A DNA stretch of 64,000 nucleotides, taken from the NCBI GenBank assembly GCA_964016885.1, contig OZ024741.1:257610001-257674000 (forward strand). Reading direction: 5' to 3'. Position numbers and translations under genes: made by a program. This DNA is from Eledone cirrhosa. Lineage: Eukaryota. How positions within the stretch are numbered: the first letter of the stretch is position 1; the number at the start of each line of letters is the position of its first letter. The notes beneath the pieces were generated by a model. The model saw only the letters and a program-made list of their open reading frames with translations. It did not search any database and was not told the origin of the DNA. Below are positions 37,345 through 52,700 of this stretch, piece after piece.

Positions 37345-39350
37345 GACAATATATTCAACACACATAAGCACTATATAAGGGGAAAAAAATGTGAGGACAA
37401 TATCACTACAGCCAAACTTGCAAATGATGCCATTATAGACACAAAGAGAAAAAAGAACTACATCCAAGAAAGTATCATAGATGTTCTCATAGAATTATTC
37501 AATCAAATGTATAACTTTAACAAAGGTATTCCTTCCACCTCTAACCTAACAACATATAGAATATTATAACATGTAATAAGAAATCACCAGAATTATAATT
37601 GAAGGACGCTTAAAAGAAATAAATGAAAAAAAAAAGATAGCATAATTCAATTGATGAATATGTATCAACATAAAACTTTTACTGAGTTACACACTTACAA
37701 ACAGCCCCAAGTAAGTTTAAATAAATATAACAAGTCCCTAAAATACATTCGACCTACCAGACTTGATTCTAATAGGGTTCAACACTGAGCTAAACCCTGC
37801 AAAGTTTGGAAAGAAAATAACATATATATATATATATTTTATTTTTCAGCTATATATATATATATATTATATAGCTGAAAAATAAAAAAGGAAAGACATA
37901 TCCTTATGTACTAAAATGGGAAATGTGACAGACAAAATGAAAAAGAATCAAACATTGGAAATAACAAGGTGGATAATATCAATAAATAAGGAAGACACAT
38001 GTGAAGTAGAAGAAATGAATAAACAAATCATATGAACAAGAATACTTAAAATAAGACAAATTGAAAAACAGGAATATTACTTCCAGGAGACAATGTATGT
38101 GAATCAAATACCAAATGTTTCTACAGGTACATTAAAAACATTAACACTTGAGGATATACCAACATCAAAGGGAATTCAAGGGAATGTGAAATAAAAACAT
38201 CCAATACTATAAAAGACATATTATATTAAAATGTAAGAAAAATATTATTAGCACCGCAAGTATAGCCCATTACAACCAACATTAAATACTTCAAGTAAAT
38301 GTAAAGCCCCTGAGATAGACTGGTCCCAAATTTCCGTTTGCAACACCTGAACAATACTCAATGATATTTAGTAGTAACAGATAAGCAGATCAGAATCAAT
38401 GCCTGATACTAAAGTTTCATTCCAAATATTATGACATTAATATATTTACCAACAACATACAAACCACCTAGTCCACAATCGACAACTAACTGGTTACTCA
38501 TTTGGAGATTAAAGACTTATTATTAAAAGAGCAAATAGTATGCCAGAAAAGACATCAGAAACAGAGTAGCTACAAGTGAACCAAATTATTACAGTAGATA
38601 CGGAGGAAAAATATTAGCATAGCCAGGATTCATTAATCAAAATATTTGATAGTATACCACATGTGAGCTCCTTTATATAATTAAAACACCCCTGATACTA
38701 ACAAAATACATTAACCATACCATGCCAAGATAGAAAATGTACATATCTCTAAATGGTCATGAGAAACTAGCCCAATACACATAATAAGTAAAACTTATTA
38801 TCTTATCTACACTTTCATTTAGCTCTGGTTCCATTAACAAATCATCATCATTATCATCATTGTTTAATGTCTATCTTCCACGCTAGCATGGGTTATCTAT
38901 TGGACAAACCCTGCAGTGGTTATCGTCTATAAAACAGCTGCCCTATATGAATGACTTGAGGAACAATACCCAACCTGAAAATCTATTGAGAACTTTTCCT
39001 AAATTCTGTGAAGATATAAAAGAATTATGAGATTCAATAAACGCCCCAAAGGTACTCTAAGGAAAGGTAAATTAACTAAAATTGAAAACATTAAAGTAAA
39101 TACAAACACCGAAATAAGAGGATTGGACAAGAACAAAACACAGAAATTAAGGAGAAAATTAGATAGTTGTATTAACAAAGTGTTTGACAAACATGAAACA
39201 TCAAACTTAATACTACATATATGACATGTATAAATATGTTAGATATCCCAGATATAAACTATATGGTGTACCATAAATACATCAATGATAAATATCAAAA
39301 TATATTTTAGAAGCAAAGGACATTAAAACGTAATTCTAAAATATGCTGCA
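37345..39350 (+). mobile_element. Highly decayed R4/Dong-like non-LTR retrotransposon
   Basis: Fragments KAPEID, LPTTYK, FDSIPH and MRFNK..GTLRKGKLTKIENIKVNTNTEIRGLD occur in the expected RT order. Confidence 0.55.
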
Positions 39351-39357
39351 GACGAAA

Positions 39358-39508
39358 GTGTGTGAAGAATCACTGTTTGGCTAATACACCACACAATAGC
39401 AGCAAACAGTAGCTCTAATACTCTGAGTTAAAACAAACGATGTGAAGAAACACTGTTTGACTAATACACCACACAATAACAGCCAACAGTAGCTCTAATA
39501 CTCTGAGA
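39358..39508. repeat. ~81-bp tandem duplication
   Basis: tgtgaagaa(t/a)cactgtttg(g/a)ctaatacaccacacaata..agtagctctaatactctgag occurs twice. Confidence 0.85.
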
Positions 39509-39789
39509 TTTTAAAAGGTGTAGTATAATGTTGGATATTGTCCACAAAATAGCCATCTCCAGAATTCTCTATACGTGCCTACACACTCACAACAACACTA
39601 TATAAATCAGAGAAATCTGGCTTTACAACAACTGTTAATGTATCACCTACTTATTCCACTGACTTACCTATTCTAAGTAACACCAGAGAACATGTAGTCA
39701 GCAATCACAATAAACAACATCTTTGCAATATATATGCTATGAAGTGTATGTAATACATCCTCAATATTCACACTATAAACTCATATCCC

Positions 39790-40316
39790 CTTGTCTACAA
39801 CATAATCTCACAATACATGATATGAATTCTATATTATATCTACATAACACATCAAACCTTGTCAACATCATAATCCCACAATACATGCTGTGAATTACAT
39901 ATTACATCTACATAACACATCAATCCTAGTCAACAACATAATCTCACAATACATGATATGAATTACATATTATATCTACATAACACATCAAACCTTGTCA
40001 ACATCATAATCCCACAATACATGCTGTGAATTACATAATATATCTACAAAACACTTCAGTCCTAGTCTACAGCATAATCCCACAATACATGATATGAATT
40101 ACATATTACATCTACAAAACACATCAATCCTAGTCAACAACATAATCTCACAATACATGATATGAATTACATATTATATCTACATAACTCATCAAACCTA
40201 GTCTACATAATAATCCAACAATACATGCTGTGAATTACATATTATATCTACATAACACATCAATCCTAGTCAACAACATAATCTCACAATACATGATATG
40301 AATTACATATATCTAC
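39790..40316. repeat. 68-bp minisatellite, about 8 copies
   Basis: cataatc(t/c)cacaatacatg at 39801, 39869, 39937, 40005, 40073, 40141 and 40277. Confidence 0.92.
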
Positions 40317-40666
40317 AGAACATTCACAACACATACAGAGGGAATAATATAGAAAGAAGTGGCATAGAAACATACTTTGAGTTATTACAATTACCAGGTT
40401 TGGCCAACAGAATGGAAAATCAACAGCAGTGTACAGACAATGTATTAGATAATTGTGATTGGCTGTGAATGTGTGTGACACAGAGAAAGATAATGGGTGG
40501 GATAATGAGGGCTGACAAATAGGTTGAAACAGACAGAAAGGGAGGATTGATGTTTGGGAGAGAAAAAGTCAGAGAGATGGAAATAGAGTGTTTACCTGCT
40601 CCTCACCACTATGTTTCTTTTTTCTCCCCTTACCTCTCCTAGAGGATGTTGTTCTCCCTACATACA

Positions 40667-41265
40667 TCTACATAATACTAAAAGTCTGTTATTGCTTGCT
40701 TGCTTGTCTGTAATGTAATACAGCCAAAAAGGCGCATAATGGGAAAATACTTTGAAAGGAAGTTGACCCTGAAATGGGAATACAAATAGAATAAAACAGT
40801 TTCGCATAAATCAGACCACGCGTTCCCGAGATATGGGGCTTTTCCAGGTACCTTCATAAACAAAGAAAGAAAAAGACAGAGACGAAGAGATAGTGACAGA
40901 ATAGATTGAAAGAGAGACATAGAGAGAGGGAGAGGAGACAGAGAAGGAGAATGGAAGAGAGCTGGTGGTGTTGTTGTATATATATATATATATGTGGGTG
41001 TGTCTATGACCAGTGCATATAGATCACAGACACCCACAAATATATATATATATACACACATAAATATATATATATATGTACACATACACATACACATTTA
41101 TATACATACACACAAGTATATATATATATGGGCTTTCCAGTTTCATTTCACATTATATACATGTCTGTGTATATTTTTATTATTTAAAAATTATTTTTAA
41201 GTGAACGTGATTTTTATAAAAATATTTTGAATTGAACGTGACCCAACAGGTCACGGGTGGTCTAG
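40667..41265 (+). mobile_element. Non-autonomous Helitron
   Basis: A|TC start, subterminal hairpin cgtgacc-caaca-ggtcacg (41237-41255), CTAG|T end. Confidence 0.7.
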
Positions 41266-41869
41266 TTTGTAATAAAAATCCCGTTTTTCCTCAACTATCT
41301 AACTATCTGTTTCTTTTTTTTCTACTCTATCAATCCAAAAGAACCGTTACTTTTTCTACATATCTTATCAAAAAACTCTGTTTCCTAAATATTTTATGTA
41401 ATGTGAAATATGTGTTAATTTTCTTGTATAAATCAAAATATATTCGTTTAATCTTGTGAGTATTCGTTGAAAAATGACATCTTTATTTCCAGACAAACTG
41501 ACAAAGTTTTAGTCTTATATAGAAAATAGATCAAGTCTCTTTATCAGATTCTATCGTCTTCTCTTTTCATTGACTAGATGTAAAGTTTACGTAAAATAAT
41601 GATATGTATGAGAGATTATCTGCCACATATTAAACTAGTGATCTCTCACTCTTTACAAGAAATATTTCAAGTGTAAAAGATTGCATATAGGTTGAATAAA
41701 TGTCATTATTAGTGACTTATTCGATCTTAATTGTTTGACTGCACCCAAGTAAGAATTTCTAAAACGTCGTTAGGCACCTTGTCATTACTATTCACAGTGG
41801 TTATCGCCTTTGTCATCTCCTTTGTCCTTGATGGCTGATCATCTTGCTCTATAATTATATACACATAAT

Positions 41870-41906
<37 letters not shown>

Positions 41907-41957
41907 AGAAATGTTTTCTACAGGACTAGAAATATTTCATTCGAAGGAAATAATCAG

Positions 41958-42009
41958 GGCTTTTCTGATGGTTTCCTTCGAATGAAACAGTTCTAGTCCT
42001 GTAGAAGCC
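41958..42009 (+). ncRNA. Type I hammerhead motif (Penelope-type) inside an inverted pLTR dimer (41897-42090)
   Basis: ggctttt-CTGATGG-tttccttcgaat-GAAACAG-ttctagtc-CTGTA-gaagcc, with an inverted copy at 41897-41957. Confidence 0.72.
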
Positions 42010-42860
42010 ATTTCTATATTAAAAATTTATACTCTGCTATGTATTGAGTACCTTACTTACTGTGGTTACCTCTGATTGAACCCGGGATACACATATCTAT
42101 ATCTATCTATCTACCTATATATATGTATATATATATTTATGTGTGTTTGTATGTATGTAGTATTCCTGAAATTAACACTTGGCCTACTCTTTTAAGGAGC
42201 CAAACTGGAGGTATAATTTCTTAAGAAAGTATGAACTTTTTCTATAAATGGCTGAATAAGCACATACATGTTTCCTCTTCCAAAATATTCTTTCAGTTTC
42301 TCCTTTTTACACCATCTATCTTTCCCCGAGTAGCATCCTAAATTATTAGTGTGTGTGAATGTGTGCATAAATATATATATATGCGTGTGTGAATGTGTGT
42401 ATATATATATATATAAATATGTGTGTATGTGTGTATAAGTGTGGGTGCGTGTATAATGTAAAGTTATATTATTCATCTGAAGTCTAAGATAAATGTATTT
42501 CTTTCCAATACTGATGTTCCTTCTTTTTCTACCTTCTATATGATTTTATTAATTCTGTATTTCATAGAAAACAGGTTGTTATTGTAGATGTTGAACTGTA
42601 TATCTGGGAATTTTCTTACAATACTTAATTCTCTATGAGTTTTCTTTCCTCTTCTGGCATTAACATCTTACTATCTTTCCTCCTCTTGATCCAAATGCCA
42701 ATTACACTAAACTAATCAAAATGAAACTGTTGTTAATGAAGGATAATTTTGTGCTGTTTTATTTGTTTTCAAAAGGATGACGTAGTGTTAATGTAATGTT
42801 ATTTAAAATATTATATATATGTAACAGCATACCTGAGTAGCTGATGTATTTTATACTTAC

Positions 42861-43013
42861 TTCTTTGACAATATGGCATTTGGTATCCATGTAGGCATCC
42901 ATTCTCACATTTACCACTAACTTTGAATTTGCAGTCACTGAGGTATTTACAATGGCAACGAAAGTTGGATTGTTTGCCATATGTGTCAATACCTTTATAT
43001 GTCAAGCAGCTAC
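42861..43013 (-). CDS. Host gene exon 1 in window: EGF-like repeat (153 nt, phase 1-1)
   Basis: cttttag acceptor and gtaagt donor; SCLTYKGIDTYGKQSNFRCHCKYLSDCKFKVSGKCENGCLHGYQMPYCQR. Confidence 0.85.
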
Positions 43014-43753
43014 CTAAAAGAGAGTAAAGGGAATTTGAAGTGTCATATGTTTTCAATACTGGTATTAGAGTTTTTCAGGATTTAAAGACTCATTTTCTAG
43101 AAAGATAGAGTCGATTTAAGGAAACCTTATTTCACTATAGTATATAATGTTTACTGTTGCTTTTGATGGGAAGACAACAAAAGAATTAAATATTGGATTG
43201 TCAATAATCAGAAAAACCAAATGAATCTGCATGAAAAGATGAGGTAAATATTAAAACTTAATAATATCTTATTAAATATAGCAAACATAAGAAAAAATGT
43301 ACTGATACATTTTATATGAGTCAACTTCATTTAAAAATTATTATGAAATTTGACTGACAGTAAAGTTAGAGTGACCATTAAAAACAAAACAACGGAATGG
43401 ATTGAATGGATTTCTGTCGGTTTCAATGATAAATATTTTTTGTTGTTCTATCAACAGGACAGCCTGTTGATTTTATTGACATGACTGAGTATTCCCCACA
43501 TATGTGTACCTTTAATGTTATTCTCAAGTGGAATCATTACAACAAATGTTGATAAGCTAGATCTTTGCATTACATATTTGTACACATATTTCCTTTTATT
43601 ACTTCTTCTCACACACACACACACACACATGCATATACACGCACACATGAGCATGCACACGCATGTGTGCGCACTCATATATATGCACACACACAGAAAC
43701 ACATACACATACAATGTCCATTTCTGCACTAATCAAACCCGTCAAAATAAGCA

Positions 43754-46700
43754 CCTCTGACAACACCATCCTCTACCCCACCGAGGAAGTCTACCTTGCC
43801 TCTGATTACACCATCCTCTACCCCACCGAGGAAGTCTACCTTGCCTCTGACAACACCATCCTCTACCCCACCGAGGAAGTCTACCATGCCTCTGATGACA
43901 CCATCCTCTACCCCACCGAGGAAGTCTACCTTGCCTCTGACAACACCATCCTCTACCTCACCGAGGAAGTCTACCTTGCCTCTGACAACACCATCCTCTA
44001 CCTCACCGAGGAAGTCTACCTTGCCTCTGACAACACCATCCTCTACCCCACCAAGGAAGTTTACCTTGCCTCTGGTTAAAACATCCTCTACCCCAACGAG
44101 GAAGTCTACCTTGCCTCTGATGACACCATCCTCTACCCCACCGAGGAAGTCTACCTTGCCTCTGTCAACACCATCCTCTACCCCACCGAGGAAATATACC
44201 TTGCCTCTGTCAACACCATCCTCTACCCCACCAAGGAAGTCTACCTTGCCTCTGGTTAAAACATCCTCTACCACAACGAGGAAGTCTACCTTGCCTCTGA
44301 TGACACAATCCTCTACCCACTGAGGAAGTCTACTTTGCCTCTGGTGACACCATCCTCTACCCCACCGAAGAAGTCTACCTTGCCTCTGTCAACACCATCC
44401 TCTACCCCACCGAGGAAGTCTACCTTGCCTCTGTCAACACCATCCTCTACCCCACCGAGGAAGGCTACCTTGCCTCTGTCAACACCATCCTCTACCCCAC
44501 CGAGGAAGTCTACCTGGCCTCTGACAACACCATCCTCTACCCCACCGAGGAAGTCTACCTTGCCTCTGTCAACACCATCCTCTACCTCACCGAGGGAGTC
44601 TACCTTGCCTCAGTCAACACCATCCTCTACCCCACTGAGGAAGTCTACATTGCCTCTGACATCACCATCCTCTACCCCACCGAGGAAGTCTACCTTGCCT
44701 CTGACAACACCATCCTCTACCCCACCGAGGAAGTCTACCTTACCTCTGACAACACCATCCTCTACCCCACCGAGGAAGTCTACCTTGCCTCTGTCAACAC
44801 GATCTTCTACCCCACCGAGGAAGTCTACCTTGCCTCTGACAACACCATCCTCTACCTTACCGAAGAAGTTACCTTGCCTCTGTCAACACCATCTTCTACC
44901 CCACCGAGGAAGTCTACCTTGCCTCAATCAAAACCATACTCTACCCCACCGAGGAAGTCTACCTTGCCTCTGACAACACCATTCTCGACCTCACCGAGGA
45001 AGTCTACCATGCCTCTGACAACACCATCCTCTACCCCACCGAGGAAGTCTACCTTGCCTCAGACAACACCATCCTGTACCTCACCGAGGAAGTCTACCTT
45101 GCCTCTGTCAACACCATCCTCTACCCCACCGAGGAAGTCTACCTTGCCTCTGACAACACCATCCTCTACCCCACCGAGGAAGTCTACCTTGCCTCAGACA
45201 ACACCATCCTCTACCCCACCGAGAAAGTCTACCTTGCCTCTGTCAACACCATCCTCTACCTCACCGAGGAAGTCTAGCTTGCCTCTGTCAACACCATCCT
45301 CTACCTCACCGAGGAAGTCTACCTTGCCTCTGGAGACACCATCCTCTAACCTGCCGAGGAAGTCTACCTTGCCTCTGGTGAAAACATCCTCTACCACACC
45401 GAGGAAGTCTACCTTGCCTCTGTCAACACCATCCTCTACCCCACAGAGGAAGTCTACCTTGCCTCTGTCAACACCATCCTCTACCTCACCGAGGGAGTCT
45501 ACCTTACCTCAGTCAACACCATCCTCTACCCCACTGAGGAAGTCTACATTGCCTCTGACATCACCATCCTCTACCCCACCGAGGAAGTCTACCTTGCCTC
45601 TGACAACACCATCCTCTACCCCACCGAGGAAGTCTACCTTGCCTCTGACAACACCATCCTCTACCCCACCGAGGAAGTCTACCTTGCCTCTGTCAACACG
45701 ATCTTCTACCCCACCGAGGAAGTCTACCTTGCCTCTGACAACACCATCCTCTACCTTACCGAAGAAGTTACCTTGCCTCTGACAACACCATCCTCTACCC
45801 CACCGAGGAAGTCAACCTTGCATCTGTCAACACCATCCTCTACCCCACCGAGGAAGTCTACCTTGCCTCTGACAACACCATCCTCTACCCCACCGAGGAA
45901 GTCTACCTTGCCTCTGTCAACACCATCCTCTACCCCACCGAGGAAGTCTATCTTGCCTCTGACATCACCATCCTCTACCCCACCGAGGAAGTCTACCTTG
46001 CCTCTGACATCACCATCCTCTACCCCACCGAGGAAGTCTACCTTGCCTCTGACAACACCATCCTCTACCCCACTGAGGAAGTCTACATTGCCTCTGGTGA
46101 CACGATCCTCTACCTCACCGAGGAAGACTAAATTGCCTGTGACTACAGCATCCTCTACCCCACCGAGGAAGTCTACCTGGCCTCTGACAACTCCATCCTC
46201 TATCCCACCGAGGAAGTCTACCTTGCCTCTGGTGACACCATCCTCTACACCACCGAGGAAGTCTAACTTGCCTCTGACAACACCATACTCTACCTCACCG
46301 AGGAAGTCTACTTTGCCTCACTCAACACCCTCCTCTACCCCACCGAGGAAGTCTACATTGCCTCTGACAACACCATCCTCTACCTCACCGAGGAAGTCTA
46401 CCTTGCCTCTGTCAACACCATCCTCTACCCCACCGAGGAAGTCTAACTTGCCTCTGTCAACACCATCCTCTACCCTGCCGAGGAAGTCTACCTTGCCTCT
46501 GTCAACACCATCCTCTACCCTACCGAGGATATCTACCTAGCCTCTGACAACACCATCCTCTACCCCACCGAGGAAGCCTACCTTGCCTCTGTCAACACCA
46601 TCCTCTACCCCGCCAAGGAAGTCTACCTTGCCTCTGGTGAAAACATCCTCTACCCCACCGAGGAAGTCTACCTTGCCTCTGTCAACACCATCCTCTACCC

Positions 46701-49700
46701 CGCCAAGGAAGTCTACCTTGCCTCTGGTGAAAACATCCTCTACCCCACCGAGGAAGCGTATCTTGCCTCTGACAACACCATCCTCTACCCCACCGAGGAA
46801 TTCTACCTTGCCTCAGTCAACACCATCCTCTACTCCACCGAGGAAGTCTACATTGCCTCTGACATCACCATCCTCTACCCCACCGAGGAAGTCTACATTG
46901 CCTCTGTCAACACCATCCTCTACCTTACCGAAGAAGTTACCTTGCCTCTGTCAACACCATCTTCTACCCCACCGAGGAAGTTTACCTTGCCTCAATCAAA
47001 ACCATCCTCTACCCCACCGAGGAAGTCTACCTTGCCTCTGACAACACCATTCTCGACCTCACCGAGGAAGTCTACCTTGCCTCTGACAACACCATCCTGT
47101 ACCTCACCGAGGTAGTCTACCTTGCCTCTGTCAACACCATCCTCTACCCCACTGAGCAAGTCTACCTTGCCTCTGTAAACACCTACCTCTACCTAACCGA
47201 GGAAGTCTAACTTGCCTGTGATAACACCATCCTCTACCCAACCGAGGAAGCCTACCTTGCCTCTGTCAACACCATCCTCTACCTCACCGAGGAAGTCTAC
47301 CTTGCCTCTGTCAAAACCATCCTCTACCACACCGAGGAAGTCTACCTTGCCTCTGTCAACACCATCCTCTACCCCACCGAGGAAGTCTACCTTGCCTCTG
47401 ACAACACCATCCACTACCCCACCGAGGAAGTCTACTTTGCCTCTGTCAACACCATCCTCTACCCCACCGTGGAAATCTAGCTTGCCTCTGTCAACACCAT
47501 CCTCTACCCCACTGAGGAAGTCAACCTTGCCTCTGATGACACCATCCTCTACCCCACGAGGAAGTCAACCTTGCCTCTGTCAACACCATCTTCTACCCCA
47601 CCGAGGAAGTCTACCTTGCCTCTGACATCACCATCCTCTACCCCACCGAGGAAGTCTACCTTGCCTCTGACATCACCATCCTCTACAACACCGAGGAAGT
47701 CTACCTTGCCTCTGACAACACCATCCTCTACCCCACCGAGGAAGTCTACCTTGCCTCTGTCAACACCATCCTCTACCCCACCGAGGAAGTCTATCTTGCC
47801 TCTGACATCACCATCCTCTACCCCACCGTGGAAGTCTACCTTGCCTCTGACATCACCATCCTCTACCCCACCGAGGAAGTCTACCTTGCCTCTGACAACA
47901 CCATCCTCTACCCCACTGAGGAAGTCTACATTGCCTCTGGTGACACGATCCTCTACCTCACCGAGGAAGACTAAATTGCCTGTGACTACACCATCCTCTA
48001 CCCCACCGAGGAAGTCTACCTGGCCTCTGACAACTCCAGCCTCTATCCCACCGAGGAAGTCTACCTTGCCTCTGGTGACACCATCTTCTACACCACCGAG
48101 GAAGTCTAACTTGCCTCTGTCAACACCATCCTCTACATCACCGAGGAAGTCTACCTTGCCTCTGACAACACCATCCTCTACCCCACCGAGGAAGTCTACC
48201 TTGCCTCTGACAACACCATACTCTACCTCACCGAGGAAGTCTACCTTGCCTCAGTCAACACCATCCTCTACCCCACCGAGGAAGTCTACATTGCCTCTGA
48301 CAACACCATCCTCTACCTCACCGAGGAAGTCTACCTTGCCTCTGTCAACACCATCCTCTACCCCACCGAGGAAGTCTAACTTGCCTCTGTCAACACCATC
48401 CTCTACCCTGCCGAGGAAGTCTACCTTGCCTCTGTCAACACCATCCTCTACCCTACCGAGGATATCTACCTTGCCTCTGACAACACCATCCTCTACCCCA
48501 CCGAGGAAGCCTACCTTGCCTCTGTCAACACCATCCTCTACCCCGCCAAGGAAGTCTACCTTGCCTCTGGTGAAAACATCCTCTACCCCACCGAGGAAGT
48601 CTACCTTGCCTCTGTCAACACCATCCTCTACCCCGCCAAGGAAGTCTACCTTGCCTCTGGTGAAAACATCCTCTACCCCACCGAGGAAGCGTACCTTGCC
48701 TCTGACAACACCATCCTCTACCCCACCGAGGAATTCTACCTTGCCTCAGTCAACACCATCCTCTACTCCACCGAGGAAGTCTACATTGCCTCTGACATCA
48801 CCATCCTCTATCCCACCGAGGAAGTCTACCTTGCCTCTGGTGACACCATCCTCTACCCCACCGAGGAAGTCTACCTTGCCTCTGACAACACCATCCTCTA
48901 CCCCACCGAGGAAGTCTACCTTGCCTCTGTCAACACGATCTTCTACCCCACCGAGGAAGTCTACCTTGCCTCTGACAACACCATCCTCTACCTTACCGAA
49001 GAAGTTACCTTGCCTCTGTCAACACCATCTTCTACCCCACCGAGGAAGTCTGCCTTGCCTCAATCAAAACCATCCTCTACCCCACCAACGAAGTCTACCT
49101 TACCTCTGACAACAACATTCTCGACCTCACCGAGGAAGTCTACCATGCCTCTGACAACACCATCCTCTACCCCACCGAGGAAGTCTACCTTGCCTCTGAC
49201 AACACCATCCTCTACTCCACCGAGGAATTCTACCTTGCCTCAGACAAAACCATCCTCTACCCCACCGAGAAAGTCTACCTTGCCTCTGTCAACACCATCC
49301 TCTACCTCACCGAGGAAGTCTACTTTGCCTCTGGTGACACCATCCTCTACCCTGCCGAGGAAGTCTACCTTGCCTCTGGTGACACCATCCTCTACCCCAC
49401 TGAGGAAGTCTACCTTGCCTCTGTCAACACCATACTCTACCCCACCGAGGAAGTCTACCTTGCCTCTGTCAACAACATCCTCTACCCCACCGAGGAAGTC
49501 TACCTTGCCTCTGACAACACCATACTCTACCCCACCGAGGAAGTCTACCTTGCCTCTGTCAACACCATCCTCTACCCCACCGAGGAAGTCTACCTTGCCT
49601 CTGTCAACACCATCCTCTACCTCACCGAGGAAGTCTACCTTGCCTCTGACAACACCATCCTCTACCCCACCGAGGAAGTCTACCTTGCCTCCGTCAACAC

Positions 49701-52700
49701 CATCCTCTACCCCACCGAGGAAGTCTACCTTGCCTCTGTCAACACGATCCTCTACCCTACCGAGGAAGTCTACCTTGCCTCTGTCAATACCATCCTCTAC
49801 CCCACCGAGGAAGTCTACCTTGCCTCTGTCAACACCATCCTCTACCTCACCGAGGAAGTCTACCTAGCCTCTGACAACACCATCCTCTACCCCACCGAGG
49901 AAGTCTACCTTGCCTCTGTCAACACCATCCTCTACCTCACCGAGGAAGTCTACCTTGCCTCTGACATCACCATCCTCTACCCCGCCGAGGAAGTCTACCT
50001 TGCCTCTGACAACACCATACTCTACCTCACCGAGGAAGTCTACCTTGCCTCTGACATCACCATCCTCTACCCCACCGAGGAAGTCTACCTTGCCTCTGTC
50101 AACACCATCCTCTACCTCACCGAGGAAGTCTACCTAGCCTCTGACAACACCATCCTCTACCCCACCGAGGAAGTCTACCTTGCCTCAGTCAACACCATCC
50201 TCTTCCCCACCGAGGAAGTCAACCTTGCCTCTGTCAACACCATCCTCTACCCCACCGAGGAAGTCTACCTTGCCTCTGACATCACCATCCTCTACCCCAC
50301 CGAGGAAGTCTACCTTGCCTCTGGTTAAACCTTCCTCTACCCCAACGAGGAAGTCTACCTTGCCTCTGTCAACACCATCCTCTACCCCACTGAGGAAGTC
50401 AACCTTGCCTCTGATGACACCATCCTCTACCCCACCGAGGAAGTCAACCTTGCCTCTGTCAACACCATCCTCTACCCCACCGAGGAAGTCTACCTTGCCT
50501 CTGACATCACCATCCTCTACCCCACCGAGGAAGTCTACCTTGCCTCTGACATCACCATCCTCTACAACACCGAGGAAGTCTACCTTGCCTCTGACAACAC
50601 CATCCTCTACCCCACCGAGGAAGTCTACCTTGCCTCTGTCAACACCATCCTCTACCCCACCGAGGAAGTCTACCTTGCCTCTGACATCACCATCCTCTAC
50701 CCCACCGAGGAAGTCTACCTTGCCTCTGACATCACCATCCTTTACCCCACCGAGGAAGTCTACCTTGCCTCTGACAACACCATCCTCTACCCCACTGAGG
50801 AAGTCTACCTTGCCTCTGGTGACACGATCCTCTACCTCACCGAGGAAGACTAAATTGCCTGTGACAACACCATCCTCTACCCCACCGAGGAAGTCTACCT
50901 GGCCTCTGACAACACCATCCTCTATCCCACCGAGGAAGTCTACCTTGCCTCTGGTGACACCATCCTCTACACCACCGAGGAAGTCTAACTTGCCTCTGTC
51001 AACACCATCCTCTACATCACCGAGGAAGTCTACCTTGCCTCTGACAACACCATCCTCTACCCCACCGAGGAAGCCTACCTTGCCTCTGACAACACCATAC
51101 TCTACCTCACCGAGGGAGTCTACCTTGCCTCAGTCAACACCATCCTCTACCCCACCGAGGAAGTCTACATTGCCTCTGACAACACCATCTTCTACCCCGC
51201 CAAGGAAGTCTACATTGCCTCTGGTGAAAACATCCTCTACCCCACCGAGGAAGTCTACCTTGCCTCTGTCAACACCATCCTCTACCCCGCCAAGGAAGTC
51301 TACCTTGCCTCTGGTGAAAACATCCTCTACCCCACCGAGGAAGTCTACCTTGCCTCAGTTAACACCATCCTCTACCCCACCAAGGAAGTCTACCTTGCCT
51401 TTTGTTAAAAGATCCTCTACCCCAACGAGGAAGTCTACCTTGCCTCTGATGACACCATCCTCTACCCCACCGAGAAAGTCAACCTTGCCTCTGATGACAC
51501 CATCCTCTACCCCACCGTGGAAGTCAACCTTGCCTCTGTCAACACCATCCTCTACTCCACCGAGGAAGTCTACCTTGCCTCTGGTTAAACCATCCTCTAC
51601 CCCAACGAGGAAGTCTAACTTGCCTCTGACAACACCATCCTTTACCCCACCAAGGAAGTCTACTTTGCCTCTATTGACACCATCCTCTACCCCACCGAGG
51701 AAGTCTACCTTGCCTCTGACAACACCATCCTCTACCCCACCGAGGAAGTCTACCTCGCCTCTGTCAACACGATCTTCTACCCCACCGAGGAAGTCTACCT
51801 TGCCTCTGACAACACCATCCTCTACCTTACCGAAGAAGTTACCTTGCCTCTGTTAACACCATCTTCTACCCCACCGAGGAAGTCTGCCTTGCCTCAATCA
51901 AAACCATCCTCTACCCCACCAAGGAAGTCTACCTTACCTCTGACAACACCATTCTCGACCTCACCGAGGAAGTCTACCATGCCTCTGACAACACCATCCT
52001 CTACCCCACCGAGGAAGTCTACCTTGCCTCTGACAACACCATCCTCTACCCCACCGAGAAAGTCTACCTTGCCTCTGTCAACACCATCCTCTACCTCACC
52101 GAGAAAGTCTACTTTGCCTCTGGTGACACCATCCTCTACCCTGCCGAGGAAGTCTACCTTGCCTCTGGTGACACCATCCTCTACCCCACTGAGGAAGTCT
52201 ACCTTGCCTCTGTCAACACCATCCTCTACCCCACCGAGGAAGTCTACCTTGCCTCTGTCAACAACATCCTCTAACCCACCGAGGAAGTCTACCTTGCCTC
52301 TGACAACACCATACTCTACCCCACCGAGGAAGTCTACCTTGCCTCTGTCAACACCATCCTCTATCCCACCGAGGAAGTCTACCTTGCCTCTGTCAACACC
52401 ATCCTCTACCTCACCGAGGAAGTCTACCTTGCCTCTGACAACACCATCCTCTACCCCACCGAGGAAGTCTACCTTGCCTCTGTCAACACCATCCTCTACC
52501 CCACCGAGGAAGTCTACCTTGCCTCTGTCAACACGATCCTCTACCCCACCGAGGAAGTCTACCTTGCCTCTGTCAACACGATCCTCTACCCCACCGAGGA
52601 AGTCTACCTTGCCTCTGTCAACACCATCCTCTACCTCACCGAGGAAGTCTACCTAGCCTCTGACAACACCATCCTCTACCCCACCGAGGAAGTCTACCTT

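Noticed and set aside
42192-42337. Possible extra exon starting GCYSGKDRWC after a tttag acceptor
   Set aside because: No EGF cysteine pattern or suitable donor; runs to a stop.
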